Source of the DNA: a virus | Taxonomy: Duplodnaviria > Caudoviricetes | Length of the DNA stretch: 33,381 bases | Virus record (IMG/VR): IMGVR_UViG_3300012894_000016 | Location: 1 to 33,381 of that record | Direction: 5' to 3' (one strand) | Notes under the pieces: generated by a model | Told to the model about the DNA's origin: nothing | Databases searched by the model: none | What the model saw: only the letters and a program-made list of their open reading frames with translations | Part shown: positions 18,739 to 26,880 of the stretch, in pieces | Position numbering within the stretch: the stretch's first letter is position 1 | Layout of the letters: every line of letters begins with the position of its first letter | Position numbers and translations under genes: made by a program

Positions 18739-19418
18739 TCTTCTTCCTCATCCTCACCCTCACCTGGAAGTTTGCTGGAGGCAAGGTAGGTCATCAGTTG
18801 CGTCATCTCGGCAATCTGGAGATTCTGCAAGAGCCAGCGCTCGTCGAGGGAAGCACCCTTTTTCAGGCGTGCGTTCAGCAGGTCAGTCACACAGGCGGCG
18901 ACGAGTTTCACCGTCTCCAGCGACTCGGCGTCGCTGACTTCCTCGGGGGCTTCACCCTCTTCGGATGTTTCGGGGTCCGCTGGGGTGGCGTCCGTCAAGG
19001 CGATCTGCTCGTCAAAGGACGTGGCCCGGGCCGCGAACTCATGCTCGTCCTCACCCTCTCCGATCACCAGCGGATCGCCCCACTCGGGCAGGTCGAAGGT
19101 CTCATTCTGGAACTCGGCCGGGCGCTCGCCGGTCCGCCAGAACTTCACCAGCTCGAGCGTGTTCGAGGTGCCGAGGTGCTTCAGAGCCCACTCCTGATCG
19201 ATCCGGATGCTGTGATCCTGGAGGCGGTGGGTCAGCAGCTCGGCCAGGTGGACGGCCTGCTGCTTGAGCTGGTCACTGGAACTCAGGGTGGCGTCCCCCC
19301 CCTCGGCCATCAGCAGCTCTTCCTCGCCGGTCAGGCGCTTGCTCCAGAACAGGACGCCCCCGATGGTGAACGGCAGGGTCTGGTGCTTCTTGCTCGCAAA
19401 GACGAGATTCTTCTTCAT
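18702..19418 (-). CDS. Tail assembly chaperone (gpG-like)
   Basis: Acidic protein between tail tube and tape measure; carries the slippery site; ATGA coupling. Confidence 0.75.
   Translation of the reverse strand: MKKNLVFASKKHQTLPFTIGGVLFWSKRLTGEEELLMAEGGDATLSSSDQLKQQAVHLAELLTHRLQDHSIRIDQEWALKHLGTSNTLELVKFWRTGERPAEFQNETFDLPEWGDPLVIGEGEDEHEFAARATSFDEQIALTDATPADPETSEEGEAPEEVSDAESLETVKLVAACVTDLLNARLKKGASLDERWLLQNLQIAEMTQLMTYLASSKLPGEGEDEEEDPNAEGAEELSA
18732..18738 (-). promoter_or_regulatory. -1 programmed ribosomal frameshift heptamer C CCA AAC
   Basis: X XXY YYZ in the correct phase (GAC CCA AAC) near the 3' end of the chaperone gene. Confidence 0.8.
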
Positions 19419-19654
19419 TTGGTCAGCTCCATGCGGAGATCGATGCCCGGTACGATGCAGGCCTCGTCGAGATGCTCTTCAGGGATGTGCAGCAGGAAGC
19501 TCTGCCCGTCCGGGTCCGTGACCCGGACAGGACTGGTGGTCTTGTCCCCGAGGCAGAGGACGGCGTCCACCAGCACACCGTCCTCTGCGCCTGTCTCGGC
19601 GATGACAACCACGTCCGGCATGCCGTCCCAGACGTCACGCAGGACGTAGATCAC
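19415..19654 (-). CDS. Small acidic hypothetical protein (79 aa)
   Basis: GTG 19654 overlaps the tail tube stop (TAGTG); its stop overlaps the next ATG. Confidence 0.6.
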   Translation of the reverse strand: MIYVLRDVWDGMPDVVVIAETGAEDGVLVDAVLCLGDKTTSPVRVTDPDGQSFLLHIPEEHLDEACIVPGIDLRMELTK

Positions 19655-20139
19655 TAGGCCTGAATACCCTTGTCCGGCCCCTGCTGCACATAGACCTCGT
19701 GGTCGACAGTGATGACACCCTTGCTGGGCGCTTTCAGCACCCACTTGCGAACGTCGATCTGGAGGTCATACACCGGCTTGCCGGTGCCCACACCGAGCGG
19801 CATGACCTGCACCCAGACGTTACCGCCGGTCTCCGTGGTGTCGAAGACGGCCGCTTCCATCAGCATCAGGGCGGGATCGTCCTCGGTCCAGGTCATGCCG
19901 TCGAAGCCGCCGAGCGTGCCGTTCTTGCTGCCGTCACGGACGCTGATGGTGCGGCCGCCGGTGCAGAAGTTCTCGATGTCCACCGTGCCGTTCTCCAGGC
20001 CGACCTCGATGCTGTTCCCCCGGCAGAGTGTCTGGAAGGTGCCGGCGGCCGGCTTGGTGGGCGTGCCGTCCGAGGCGTAGGCGATGATCGGGGCGACGCG
20101 GGTGATGGTTTTGACGCCGAAACGAAACTTGGGAGCCAT
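19654..20139 (-). CDS. Major tail (tube) protein
   Basis: 161-aa beta-rich protein in the canonical position; segment TVDIENFCTGGRTISVRDGSKNGTL resembles siphoviral tube proteins; AGGAGG RBS. Confidence 0.75.
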   Translation of the reverse strand: MAPKFRFGVKTITRVAPIIAYASDGTPTKPAAGTFQTLCRGNSIEVGLENGTVDIENFCTGGRTISVRDGSKNGTLGGFDGMTWTEDDPALMLMEAAVFDTTETGGNVWVQVMPLGVGTGKPVYDLQIDVRKWVLKAPSKGVITVDHEVYVQQGPDKGIQA

Positions 20140-20140
20140 G

Positions 20141-20533
20141 TCAGTCCTCCTGGGACGAGTAGTCGATGACCGTGAAGGTCACCTGTTCGGGGTAGTCGGG
20201 GCTGGCCTCCAGCACGCGTGGGTCTTCGCCGAAGGGAAAGAAGGTGTCTGCAATGGCGTTCACGACGGCTTCGAGGTCGGCGCTGCCGTTCCAATTGACG
20301 ATTCGCACCGGCCAGTTCGCAATGCTGCCGAGGTAGGCACTGGTGTCCAGCTGGACTAGCTTGGGGGTCGAAGCTATGAGCACTTCCAGCCCGTCGACGA
20401 TGGTGCCTTCCGGCCAGTCGCCCACGTTGATGGCCGGTGTTTCGCCGCCAGTCTGAAAGCGGGCGGTCCCGATCTGGATCTCTGCAGCGGTCAGCGCCTG
20501 AGCAATCTGTGTGCGGATAGTCAGGGCGCTCAC
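20141..20533 (-). CDS. Putative tail terminator / tail completion protein
   Basis: 130 aa directly before the tube gene; GTGA coupling; positional call. Confidence 0.55.
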   Translation of the reverse strand: MSALTIRTQIAQALTAAEIQIGTARFQTGGETPAINVGDWPEGTIVDGLEVLIASTPKLVQLDTSAYLGSIANWPVRIVNWNGSADLEAVVNAIADTFFPFGEDPRVLEASPDYPEQVTFTVIDYSSQED

Positions 20534-20928
20534 AGCCGGACCCGCATGTGAGCCGCGAAGCGCTCAGGGAAGTTGAACTCCCGGACCGCGACCAGCGGAA
20601 CGTTACGGGCGGGGAGGGAGGACGAGCGCTTTTTGAACACCGCCCCCAGGAACACGGCGGCGGCGTAGGAAACGCTCCACTCCAGCCGGGCATTCAGCGG
20701 CCCTTGAAGGTCGAGGGTCTGGCTGCCTTTTAGGTCGCCGGAGTCCACCACGTCGCGGGTGGCTCCGGCCACCTGGCCGTTGTGCCGCTTGGTGCTGTTG
20801 GGCCAGCGCCAAGTCGGGTCATCGAAGGTGGCCAGCGTGAAGCGGTCGAATTCCTCGACGGTTTCCTTGAAGGCCGCTTGGGCCGCGCGCTCCACCTTGG
20901 TGAAGTTGGTGCGGATCTCGACCGGCAC
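20530..20928 (-). CDS. HK97 gp10-like tail completion/neck protein
   Basis: Motifs VVDSGDLKGS and SYAAAV. Start moved to GTG 20928, 1 nt after the upstream stop. Confidence 0.65.
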   Translation of the reverse strand: MPVEIRTNFTKVERAAQAAFKETVEEFDRFTLATFDDPTWRWPNSTKRHNGQVAGATRDVVDSGDLKGSQTLDLQGPLNARLEWSVSYAAAVFLGAVFKKRSSSLPARNVPLVAVREFNFPERFAAHMRVRL

Positions 20929-20929
20929 G

Positions 20930-21487
20930 CTAGACCTGGGCGGCCCGGATGGTCTCCAGTCGGGCTTTTCCCACGCCGTCGACGGCGAGCAGGTCCTCGT
21001 CGGTGGCCTCCCGCACCGCGCCGAGCGTGCGGAAGCCGGCGGCGCGCAGCCGCTCGGCTTCCGGGAAGTCGTCCGGCAGCTGGACCTCAGCAACCGGCGC
21101 CTGCACCTGCACCTCAGCAACCGGCGCCTGCACCTGCACCTCAGCCTCCGGCACTTCCGGAAGCGTCGGGGTCAGGTGCACGAGCTCTTCGAGCTCCTGC
21201 CTTGCCTGGGCGACCGCCTCGTCGAACAGGCTCTGTTCGTTGTCGTAGGTGCCGTAATTCCGCGTGATCTTTCGGTTGTAGCGGCGGAACGGCTCGAGTG
21301 CCGCCTCAATGGCCGCACGGATCTTGTACCCTTCTCGGGCGTCCTCGGGCACCAGGTCCGGGTTGAGGGTCAGGTAGGCGATGTCGGCCCGGCTGGTGGG
21401 GTCGACGCGGATCTGCGCCGGCTCTTTCTGGGCCGCTTCATCAGTCACGATCACGCGCCGGAGGGCCTGCGGGATGGTCTGGTTCAT
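20930..21487 (-). CDS. Protein with C-terminal helix-hairpin-helix domain
   Basis: C-terminus LRAAGFRTLGAVREATDEDLLAVDGVGKARLETI; repeat linker; GAGG RBS. Confidence 0.7.
   Translation of the reverse strand: MNQTIPQALRRVIVTDEAAQKEPAQIRVDPTSRADIAYLTLNPDLVPEDAREGYKIRAAIEAALEPFRRYNRKITRNYGTYDNEQSLFDEAVAQARQELEELVHLTPTLPEVPEAEVQVQAPVAEVQVQAPVAEVQLPDDFPEAERLRAAGFRTLGAVREATDEDLLAVDGVGKARLETIRAAQV
21084..21145. repeat. Perfect 27-bp tandem repeat (2.3 copies) encoding EVQVQAPVA
   Basis: acctcagcaaccggcgcctgcacctgc twice, then acctcagc. Confidence 0.9.
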
Positions 21488-21490
21488 GGG

Positions 21491-22198
21491 TTACCTCTCT
21501 CCGGCTTTCCAGACACCCAGGAAGGGTTCTCCATGGATGGCCGTCTGCACGGGGTCGTCGTCGGAGAAGGCGGTGCGGATCGTCAGCGTGCCGATCACGC
21601 CCTGGAGAGTGAGAGGCGAGGTGCTGCCCCAGTGGACCCCTGCCGGTCGGAACTGCGGCTGTCCTGGTGCACCCCAGCGGCCGAACAGCGGAACGCTCAG
21701 CGGATCGGCCCCGACGAGCTGCACCACCTTTGGGTCGGTGACGGCCTCCAGGCGGGCGCTCACCGACAGTGGCACGCCTGGGCTGGGCTTCCGGTTACCA
21801 GTGGCCACGTCGGTGATCAGGGGACCGGGAGTGACAAATACCAGGGGATAACTGGCGATCCTGGCCGGGCTCACCAGTCGGCAGATACCGGGCGCGGTGC
21901 CGGTGAAGTCGCCGGTCTGGGCGTAGTGCTCGACGAACAGCACGCCGTCTTCCCAGGGGATGCAGGCAGCGAGGGCAGGCCTGGGTGCGTCGAACGGAAG
22001 CTTCAGCACGCGGACGTCCGGCGCGTCAGGCCTGGACCTGAGCGAGCGATTCAGCGCGCCGTCCACCTTGTTCGGGTCCTGGACGCTGAAGCGCACGCTT
22101 GTGCCGTCGCTCCAAGTGGCGATATGACGATAGAGCAGTTCCGCGTTCTCCCGCAGCTGGCCCTGTGCCAAGGCGCGGTACTCGTCGAGAAGGCTCAA
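21491..22198 (-). CDS. Putative head-closure / head-tail joining protein
   Basis: TTGA coupling to the upstream gene; positional call only. Confidence 0.5.
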   Translation of the reverse strand: MSLLDEYRALAQGQLRENAELLYRHIATWSDGTSVRFSVQDPNKVDGALNRSLRSRPDAPDVRVLKLPFDAPRPALAACIPWEDGVLFVEHYAQTGDFTGTAPGICRLVSPARIASYPLVFVTPGPLITDVATGNRKPSPGVPLSVSARLEAVTDPKVVQLVGADPLSVPLFGRWGAPGQPQFRPAGVHWGSTSPLTLQGVIGTLTIRTAFSDDDPVQTAIHGEPFLGVWKAGER

Positions 22199-22563
22199 CA
22201 GTCCACCCCCCAGCCGCCGACCACTGGCCCGAACAAGGCCAGACCCGGTACCTCGATGGCCGCCGCGCTCTGCGCCAGCAGCAGGTCCGCTTCCAGCAGT
22301 TCAATGCGCTTGACCACATCCTGCTCGACAGTGATCTCGCCTTCCGCTCTGAAGCGTTCCACCTTGCGGCTGAGTGTGGTGATCCAGGTCCGGAGCAAGT
22401 AGATCTTGACGGCCGGGTACCGCTTCGTGACGTCCGGCTGGGTCTCCTCAGCCAAGGCCTGCCAGATGGCCAGCCGTTCGAGGTAGTCGTCCTCACTCAG
22501 GCCGAGGTCGTTGGGCGTCACACCGAGTTCCGCCTGCAACCGCTGCTGCATGCTGACGGCCAT
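22195..22563 (-). CDS. Putative head-tail adaptor
   Basis: 122-aa helical protein two genes after the capsid; positional call. Confidence 0.5.
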   Translation of the reverse strand: MAVSMQQRLQAELGVTPNDLGLSEDDYLERLAIWQALAEETQPDVTKRYPAVKIYLLRTWITTLSRKVERFRAEGEITVEQDVVKRIELLEADLLLAQSAAAIEVPGLALFGPVVGGWGVDC

Positions 22564-22566
22564 GGC

Positions 22567-23133
22567 TCAGTCCTGCGCCGGAGCCGGCAGGGCCGCCAGG
22601 ATCTGGTCGGCGGTCGTCTCGGCGATGCCATCGATCTCGATCAGTGTCGCTTTCTCGACGCCTTCGAGCATCGGGAGGGTGTAGTAGCCGGCCGTGAACA
22701 GCTTGGCCCTGCCGGGGAAGCTGGTGGGCAGCAGCTCGCCGAGCGTGTCACGGTACTCGGTCAGGGCCGCCAGCTGGTCTTTGAGCGCGGCCCCGTCCAG
22801 GCCTTCGAATGGCTTGAGCGCGTCGGTGGCCTTATCGAGCAGCTTTTTGAGGTCGGTCGCCTTCTGGCGGGCGGTGTCGCGCTCGCGAGTCAGCTGGGCG
22901 GCCTGGGTGCGGAGGGTGGCCTCGTCGCTGCTCGGCTCGGCAGGGGTGGAAGCTGCGGGCACGGCGGTCTCGGGCTCGGGATTCAGCACCTCGGAGCCGT
23001 CCTCAGCTTCGAGCATGCCTTTGCGGAAGGCCTTGGCATAGTCGAAGCCCGCAACGCTGAGGGGAACCTCGGCGCCCGGCTGGAGCCACCGCCCTGCGAT
23101 GAACAGGGCGGTCAGGGTAATGAGTTTTTGCAT
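22567..23133 (-). CDS. Coiled-coil protein with C-terminal helix-hairpin-helix domain
   Basis: GGAGG RBS; C-terminus LFTAGYYTL...LIEIDGIAETTADQI; directly after the major capsid gene. Confidence 0.7.
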   Translation of the reverse strand: MQKLITLTALFIAGRWLQPGAEVPLSVAGFDYAKAFRKGMLEAEDGSEVLNPEPETAVPAASTPAEPSSDEATLRTQAAQLTRERDTARQKATDLKKLLDKATDALKPFEGLDGAALKDQLAALTEYRDTLGELLPTSFPGRAKLFTAGYYTLPMLEGVEKATLIEIDGIAETTADQILAALPAPAQD

Positions 23134-23183
23134 GATGCCTCCGTGGTGAGTGGGGAGAGGTCAGGCCCGGAGGCCTGGGCCGC

Positions 23184-24383
23184 TCAGTTGCCCTGAGCGA
23201 TGGCGATGGCGTACGGGTCGCGCACACCTGCGCCGACGTTGTCGGAGACCTTCAGGGCGATGGTGTGGTTCTCGAAGCACCCTTCTAGGTCCTCCTCGAC
23301 CACGTTCGGCGCGCGGGTGAAGGTCTTCGGCCCACCCTCGTAGCCGGCCAGCGTCGCCAGCTCAATCGGCTGGTTGCGCGCGTCCATCACGATGTAGTCG
23401 GCATCGTCGATGTTCTTGGCCGCGTAACGCTCGGGGTACTCCTCGAGCAGGTCCGCGATGATGTCTTCGACGTGCACGGCGCCCAGCTGATAGACCGGGT
23501 TCCGGCTCGGCGTCAGGGCCAGGGTGCCGCTGCCGCCGCCGGTGGCGATCAGTGTCTCGGCGGCCATGCTGGCAGCGGCCTTGCGCTCCCACATGACCGG
23601 CACGAACAGGTCACTGATCCGGCGGCCGACACGCTTCCCGTCGCTGTTGGTGCGGCTGCCCATGAACTGGGCGATCTGGTCCAGATTGTCGGGGGTCGGG
23701 CCCTGCTCGCCGTTCGTCAGCGGGATGCGGTCCGCGTTCCGGAGGATGGTGTCGACCATGACCATGGCCCGAGTGCGTCGGGCCACGTTGCCCAGGTCGG
23801 CAGCGGCAGCAGCGAAGTCTCCCAGCTCGTCATTGATCCAGGCCTCGAAAGTGAACGGCAGGCCGAGCTCGAAGTTCGCCACCGAGTAGCCGTCCTCGGA
23901 GGTAAAGAACTTGGTGTACTCCAGGTTGGTGCTCTCGGCCCGAACCGGCAGGAACTTGTGGCCGATCGCTCCGGGCCGGTGGCCCTTGAGGATCTTGAAG
24001 TTGGGCGCCGTGCGACGTGCGGCGAACTGCGGCAGGTCGCTCTCCGGATAGATGTAAGAGGGACGCTGGGCCACCTGACGCGCGTACGCCAGCGCCAGCG
24101 GGAAGTCGCTGGTGGTATGGACTTCCTTGTGCGAGCGGCGCGTGCGCTCGATGTCGAGGATCAGTCCTTCCATGCGGATCATCGCCTCTTCCTTGGCGCT
24201 GTGGTCCATGGCACGGACGTTGTCGATCTCCTTGTCGAGAATGGTGCCGAAGTACGCGCGCTGGAAGTGCTGCTGGGCACTCTCCAGGATCATCTGCATG
24301 GTGAGCGGAATCACGCGGTTCTCCTGAATCACGCCTTTGTCGGCGAGGCGGGTCAGTTCGTGCTGGATGTCTTTACGGCTCAT
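23184..24383 (-). CDS. Major capsid protein (HK97 fold, Mu gpT-like)
   Basis: 399 aa; motifs TTSDFPLAL and WINDELGDF resemble Mu gpT-like capsids; AGGAGG RBS; position. Confidence 0.8.
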   Translation of the reverse strand: MSRKDIQHELTRLADKGVIQENRVIPLTMQMILESAQQHFQRAYFGTILDKEIDNVRAMDHSAKEEAMIRMEGLILDIERTRRSHKEVHTTSDFPLALAYARQVAQRPSYIYPESDLPQFAARRTAPNFKILKGHRPGAIGHKFLPVRAESTNLEYTKFFTSEDGYSVANFELGLPFTFEAWINDELGDFAAAAADLGNVARRTRAMVMVDTILRNADRIPLTNGEQGPTPDNLDQIAQFMGSRTNSDGKRVGRRISDLFVPVMWERKAAASMAAETLIATGGGSGTLALTPSRNPVYQLGAVHVEDIIADLLEEYPERYAAKNIDDADYIVMDARNQPIELATLAGYEGGPKTFTRAPNVVEEDLEGCFENHTIALKVSDNVGAGVRDPYAIAIAQGN

Positions 24384-24455
24384 GGGGCCCTCCTGTGGGC
24401 ATGGGAAGGCCCCGCCTGTGAAAGCGCGGGGCGGGCGGAGGTCGAAGGCTCCAGC

Positions 24456-24827
24456 TCAGTTCGAGCGGAGGGCCAGCGTGGTTGCGTTTAGCCGGTAGCC
24501 CACGAACGTGTCCGTAGTGGTCGCGGTGTAAGCGCCAGCCGCTGAGCGGTACACCTTGGCGTAGTCGGCGAAGGCGGTGAGGTCGGTCTTGGCGACCGCC
24601 AGGGTCAGGACGATGCCCGGCAGGAACACGCTGGCCTGACCATCGAGCAGGCCCTGAGCGCTGAGGCCGGCATTGATCTTGTCGGTCGTGGCGCGGTCGG
24701 TGGTGGCCACCCCGTACAGGCCAGCGGTGCCTAGCACGACGATCGCGCCGCTGGTGACACCTGCGGCGACTGCCAGGGCGAGGGTGACGGCTCCACCGGT
24801 GTTGGCGTGATGCTTCTTATTTTTCAT
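24456..24827 (-). CDS. Head decoration / capsid cement protein (DUF2190-like)
   Basis: Small Ala/Gly/Thr-rich protein (GVTSGAIVVLG..LYGVATTD) between scaffold and capsid. Start moved to ATG 24827 (GGAGG RBS). Confidence 0.65.
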   Translation of the reverse strand: MKNKKHHANTGGAVTLALAVAAGVTSGAIVVLGTAGLYGVATTDRATTDKINAGLSAQGLLDGQASVFLPGIVLTLAVAKTDLTAFADYAKVYRSAAGAYTATTTDTFVGYRLNATTLALRSN

Positions 24828-24843
24828 GGTCTGTTCCTCCAGG

Positions 24844-24870
24844 AGAAAGCCGCTCACATCGGAGCGGCTT
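24844..24870 (-). terminator. Hairpin / weak intrinsic terminator
   Basis: AAGCCGCTC-CGATGT-GAGCGGCTT followed by TCT. Confidence 0.5.
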
Positions 24871-24913
24871 CAGGTACTGCAGTGCTTGCTTTTGAGAGGG
24901 CGAAGGGCCGAGT

Positions 24914-25525
24914 TCAGTACGGGAGGCCGGCGCGGCTGCGGATCTGCTCGAGCTGCCGGGTGGTATGACCGTCCTGCTTTTGCTCGCTTTCGGTCTTCGA
25001 GCGGCTGTTGTCGCCGATCGGCAGGCTCACGCCGTTCACGCCGGGCTTCTTGCCCTCGGTGGGGCGCTGACCCAGGACCGCCCGGCGATCCACGATCTTC
25101 AATTCCACGGCCGAACGAGCGGCCTCGTCACTTTCGGCCTGGCGGGAGATGCCGATCAGTTCCGCGCGGAAGCTGGCGTCAAGGTCGATCTCGGTCTCGC
25201 CATTCTTGACTTTGCCGGCACTGGGCAGGCGGGCGGCCTCCAGGGCGGTGATAGCGATGCCGTCGCGGGTGGCGTTGTGGTTCTGGTCCGTCAGGTTCTT
25301 GACGGTCTGGTTGAGGGCCACCACGGTTGTCTCCAGAGCCCGGTAGTCGCTCAGGCTGACCGTGCCCGGCTCGGTCTGGGCAGCAGGTGCGGGGGCCGGG
25401 GCCTGGACGCTTTCCTGGGCGATCTTCTCCAGGGCTTCGGTGTACTCAGTGGGATGATCGGCCTTGATCTGCTCGATGCTCTTCCCAGCGAACTTCTCCA
25501 TCAGGGTCTTCAGGTGCTTGTGCAT
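24914..25525 (-). CDS. Nested in-frame scaffolding protein
   Basis: AAGGAGGGG-ACC-ATG inside the protease ORF just after the protease motifs (MHKHLKTLMEKF). Confidence 0.6.
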   Translation of the reverse strand: MHKHLKTLMEKFAGKSIEQIKADHPTEYTEALEKIAQESVQAPAPAPAAQTEPGTVSLSDYRALETTVVALNQTVKNLTDQNHNATRDGIAITALEAARLPSAGKVKNGETEIDLDASFRAELIGISRQAESDEAARSAVELKIVDRRAVLGQRPTEGKKPGVNGVSLPIGDNSRSKTESEQKQDGHTTRQLEQIRSRAGLPY

Positions 25526-26215
25526 GGTCCCCTCCTTCGGGGTGGTGAGGGGGCGATGGGCCTGTTCCTTCTTGCGAGCCGACCCGCTGGCGTCGCCCGG
25601 GTCACTGACCATATCGATGGTCAGCAGGCGGAAGTCGTCCTGAATCACGGCGATGTACGCTTCCGGATCCGGCCACTCGGGGGCGACTTCGGATGCCGGG
25701 AAATACTTGGCGGTAGCCAGGCCGTTGCTGCTGACCGCCACGGCAATGCCACCTTCGATCAGGGCGCGGAGATCGTGTCCGGCGGCGGTGTCGACGATGA
25801 CGGCGGTGGCCTTGACCACGTCACCGTCCATGGTCAGCGTCTCGTACCGCACGCAGATCGAAGCCAGTCGACCTTTCAGGGGGTCCCAGCGGTCCCAGCC
25901 GTCTTCAGGGTGTTCCAGCAGGCCCCAGAGATTCCCGGTAGGAATGGCCGCCTGGGCCGCAGCGACAGCGCTGGCCCACACCTCGCGGCTGTAGAGGCGC
26001 CCGTTGCGGTTGACCTTACCGGCGGTCGCCACGGTGATGTCCAGCAGCGTGACAGCAGTGTCTCCACGCGCTTCCTGCCGGACCTGGAGGTGTGCACGAT
26101 CAGGACTGCGGACCTCGCGGAGGCTCACGCCGGACTCGGTGCGCGGCTGGGCGTTCTCTTGCAAGCTGAGGAAGCGGTTGGGCGGGCACGGCGAACGTGA
26201 GTTCAGGTCAGGCAT
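24914..26215 (-). CDS. Prohead protease (T4 gp21-like) fused to scaffold
   Basis: Motifs VNRNGRLYS, LEHP, VSSNG, DMVSDP; helical C-terminal half. Start moved to ATG 26215 (GGAGG RBS). Confidence 0.8.
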   Translation of the reverse strand: MPDLNSRSPCPPNRFLSLQENAQPRTESGVSLREVRSPDRAHLQVRQEARGDTAVTLLDITVATAGKVNRNGRLYSREVWASAVAAAQAAIPTGNLWGLLEHPEDGWDRWDPLKGRLASICVRYETLTMDGDVVKATAVIVDTAAGHDLRALIEGGIAVAVSSNGLATAKYFPASEVAPEWPDPEAYIAVIQDDFRLLTIDMVSDPGDASGSARKKEQAHRPLTTPKEGTMHKHLKTLMEKFAGKSIEQIKADHPTEYTEALEKIAQESVQAPAPAPAAQTEPGTVSLSDYRALETTVVALNQTVKNLTDQNHNATRDGIAITALEAARLPSAGKVKNGETEIDLDASFRAELIGISRQAESDEAARSAVELKIVDRRAVLGQRPTEGKKPGVNGVSLPIGDNSRSKTESEQKQDGHTTRQLEQIRSRAGLPY

Positions 26216-26226
26216 AGGACCTCCAT

Positions 26227-26250
26227 GAAGAAGCCCGCACGATGGCGGGC
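26227..26250 (-). terminator. Intrinsic terminator after the three small inserted genes
   Basis: GCCCGC-CATCGT-GCGGGC followed by TTCTTC. Confidence 0.6.
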
Positions 26251-26274
26251 AAGAGCGGATCGGTTGAGCCTTCG

Positions 26275-26478
26275 TCAGTTGAAGACAATGCCCTTGTTTG
26301 CCCACATGCTGGCCTCTTCCAGCTTGGTGATCGCCAGAGAGCGCTCACGGCTCGGCGGCAAGGTCTCTAAGATCGTGTCGTGGACAGTCTTGAGGGCATT
26401 GCGCACCGTCTCGATCTGCTGGACGTGCTCGGCGGTGGGGCGCTGGTACTCGAATGGATGTTTCGGGTTTTCAGGCAT
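26275..26478 (-). CDS. Acb2/Tad1 helical-hairpin family-like protein (candidate anti-defence signal sponge), 67 aa
   Basis: GAGGAG RBS; FEYQRP and PPSRERSLAITKLEEASMWANKGI match the pattern I recall for this family. Confidence 0.7.
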   Translation of the reverse strand: MPENPKHPFEYQRPTAEHVQQIETVRNALKTVHDTILETLPPSRERSLAITKLEEASMWANKGIVFN

Positions 26479-26487
26479 CGTTGCTCC

Positions 26488-26721
26488 TCACATGTAGTCC
26501 CAAGAGGTGGGGGGAGGCGGTGGTGGGTCACCACGCGGACCGCGCATAGTCCCGTTGGCCTTGTCGCGGGCGTTCTTACGGTCGCGGGCAGCGCAGACCC
26601 GGTAGTAGTGGTCCATGTCCCAGTAGTTCGACATGACGCAGTATTTCGGCTTCCTGTTGCGTTCCTTGAGCAGGTGATCGACGAGGAAGCTGCCGCCGAA
26701 CCCGCCTCCGGTGCGGGCCAC
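26488..26721 (-). CDS. Small basic hypothetical protein (77 aa)
   Basis: GGGAG RBS then GTG; fills the gap between neighbours; two Cys, poly-Pro tail. Confidence 0.5.
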   Translation of the reverse strand: MARTGGGFGGSFLVDHLLKERNRKPKYCVMSNYWDMDHYYRVCAARDRKNARDKANGTMRGPRGDPPPPPPTSWDYM

Positions 26722-26723
26722 GG

Positions 26724-26870
26724 CTACTCCCGGATGACGCTGGGGCTCTTCAGGCTCTCCAGCAGCTTGTCTCCGGCGGTCCTCGTCAGCTCGCCTTCCC
26801 TGACTTTCCTCTCCACCTCCTGGCGCTGGCGCTCACGTTCGCGTTCACTGATCGGTCTGGTGCTGTCCAT
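26724..26870 (-). CDS. Small charged helical protein (48 aa)
   Basis: Not in the ORF track. AGGAGGAG RBS; MDSTRPISERERERQRQEVERKVREGELTRTAGDKLLESLKSPSVIRE. Confidence 0.65.
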   Translation of the reverse strand: MDSTRPISERERERQRQEVERKVREGELTRTAGDKLLESLKSPSVIRE

Positions 26871-26880
26871 GGCTCCTCCT

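Noticed and set aside
5658-21145. 27-bp periodic repeats as CRISPR or DGR elements
   Set aside because: They are in-frame coding tandem repeats without spacers; no cas gene or reverse transcriptase; no adenine-specific variation.
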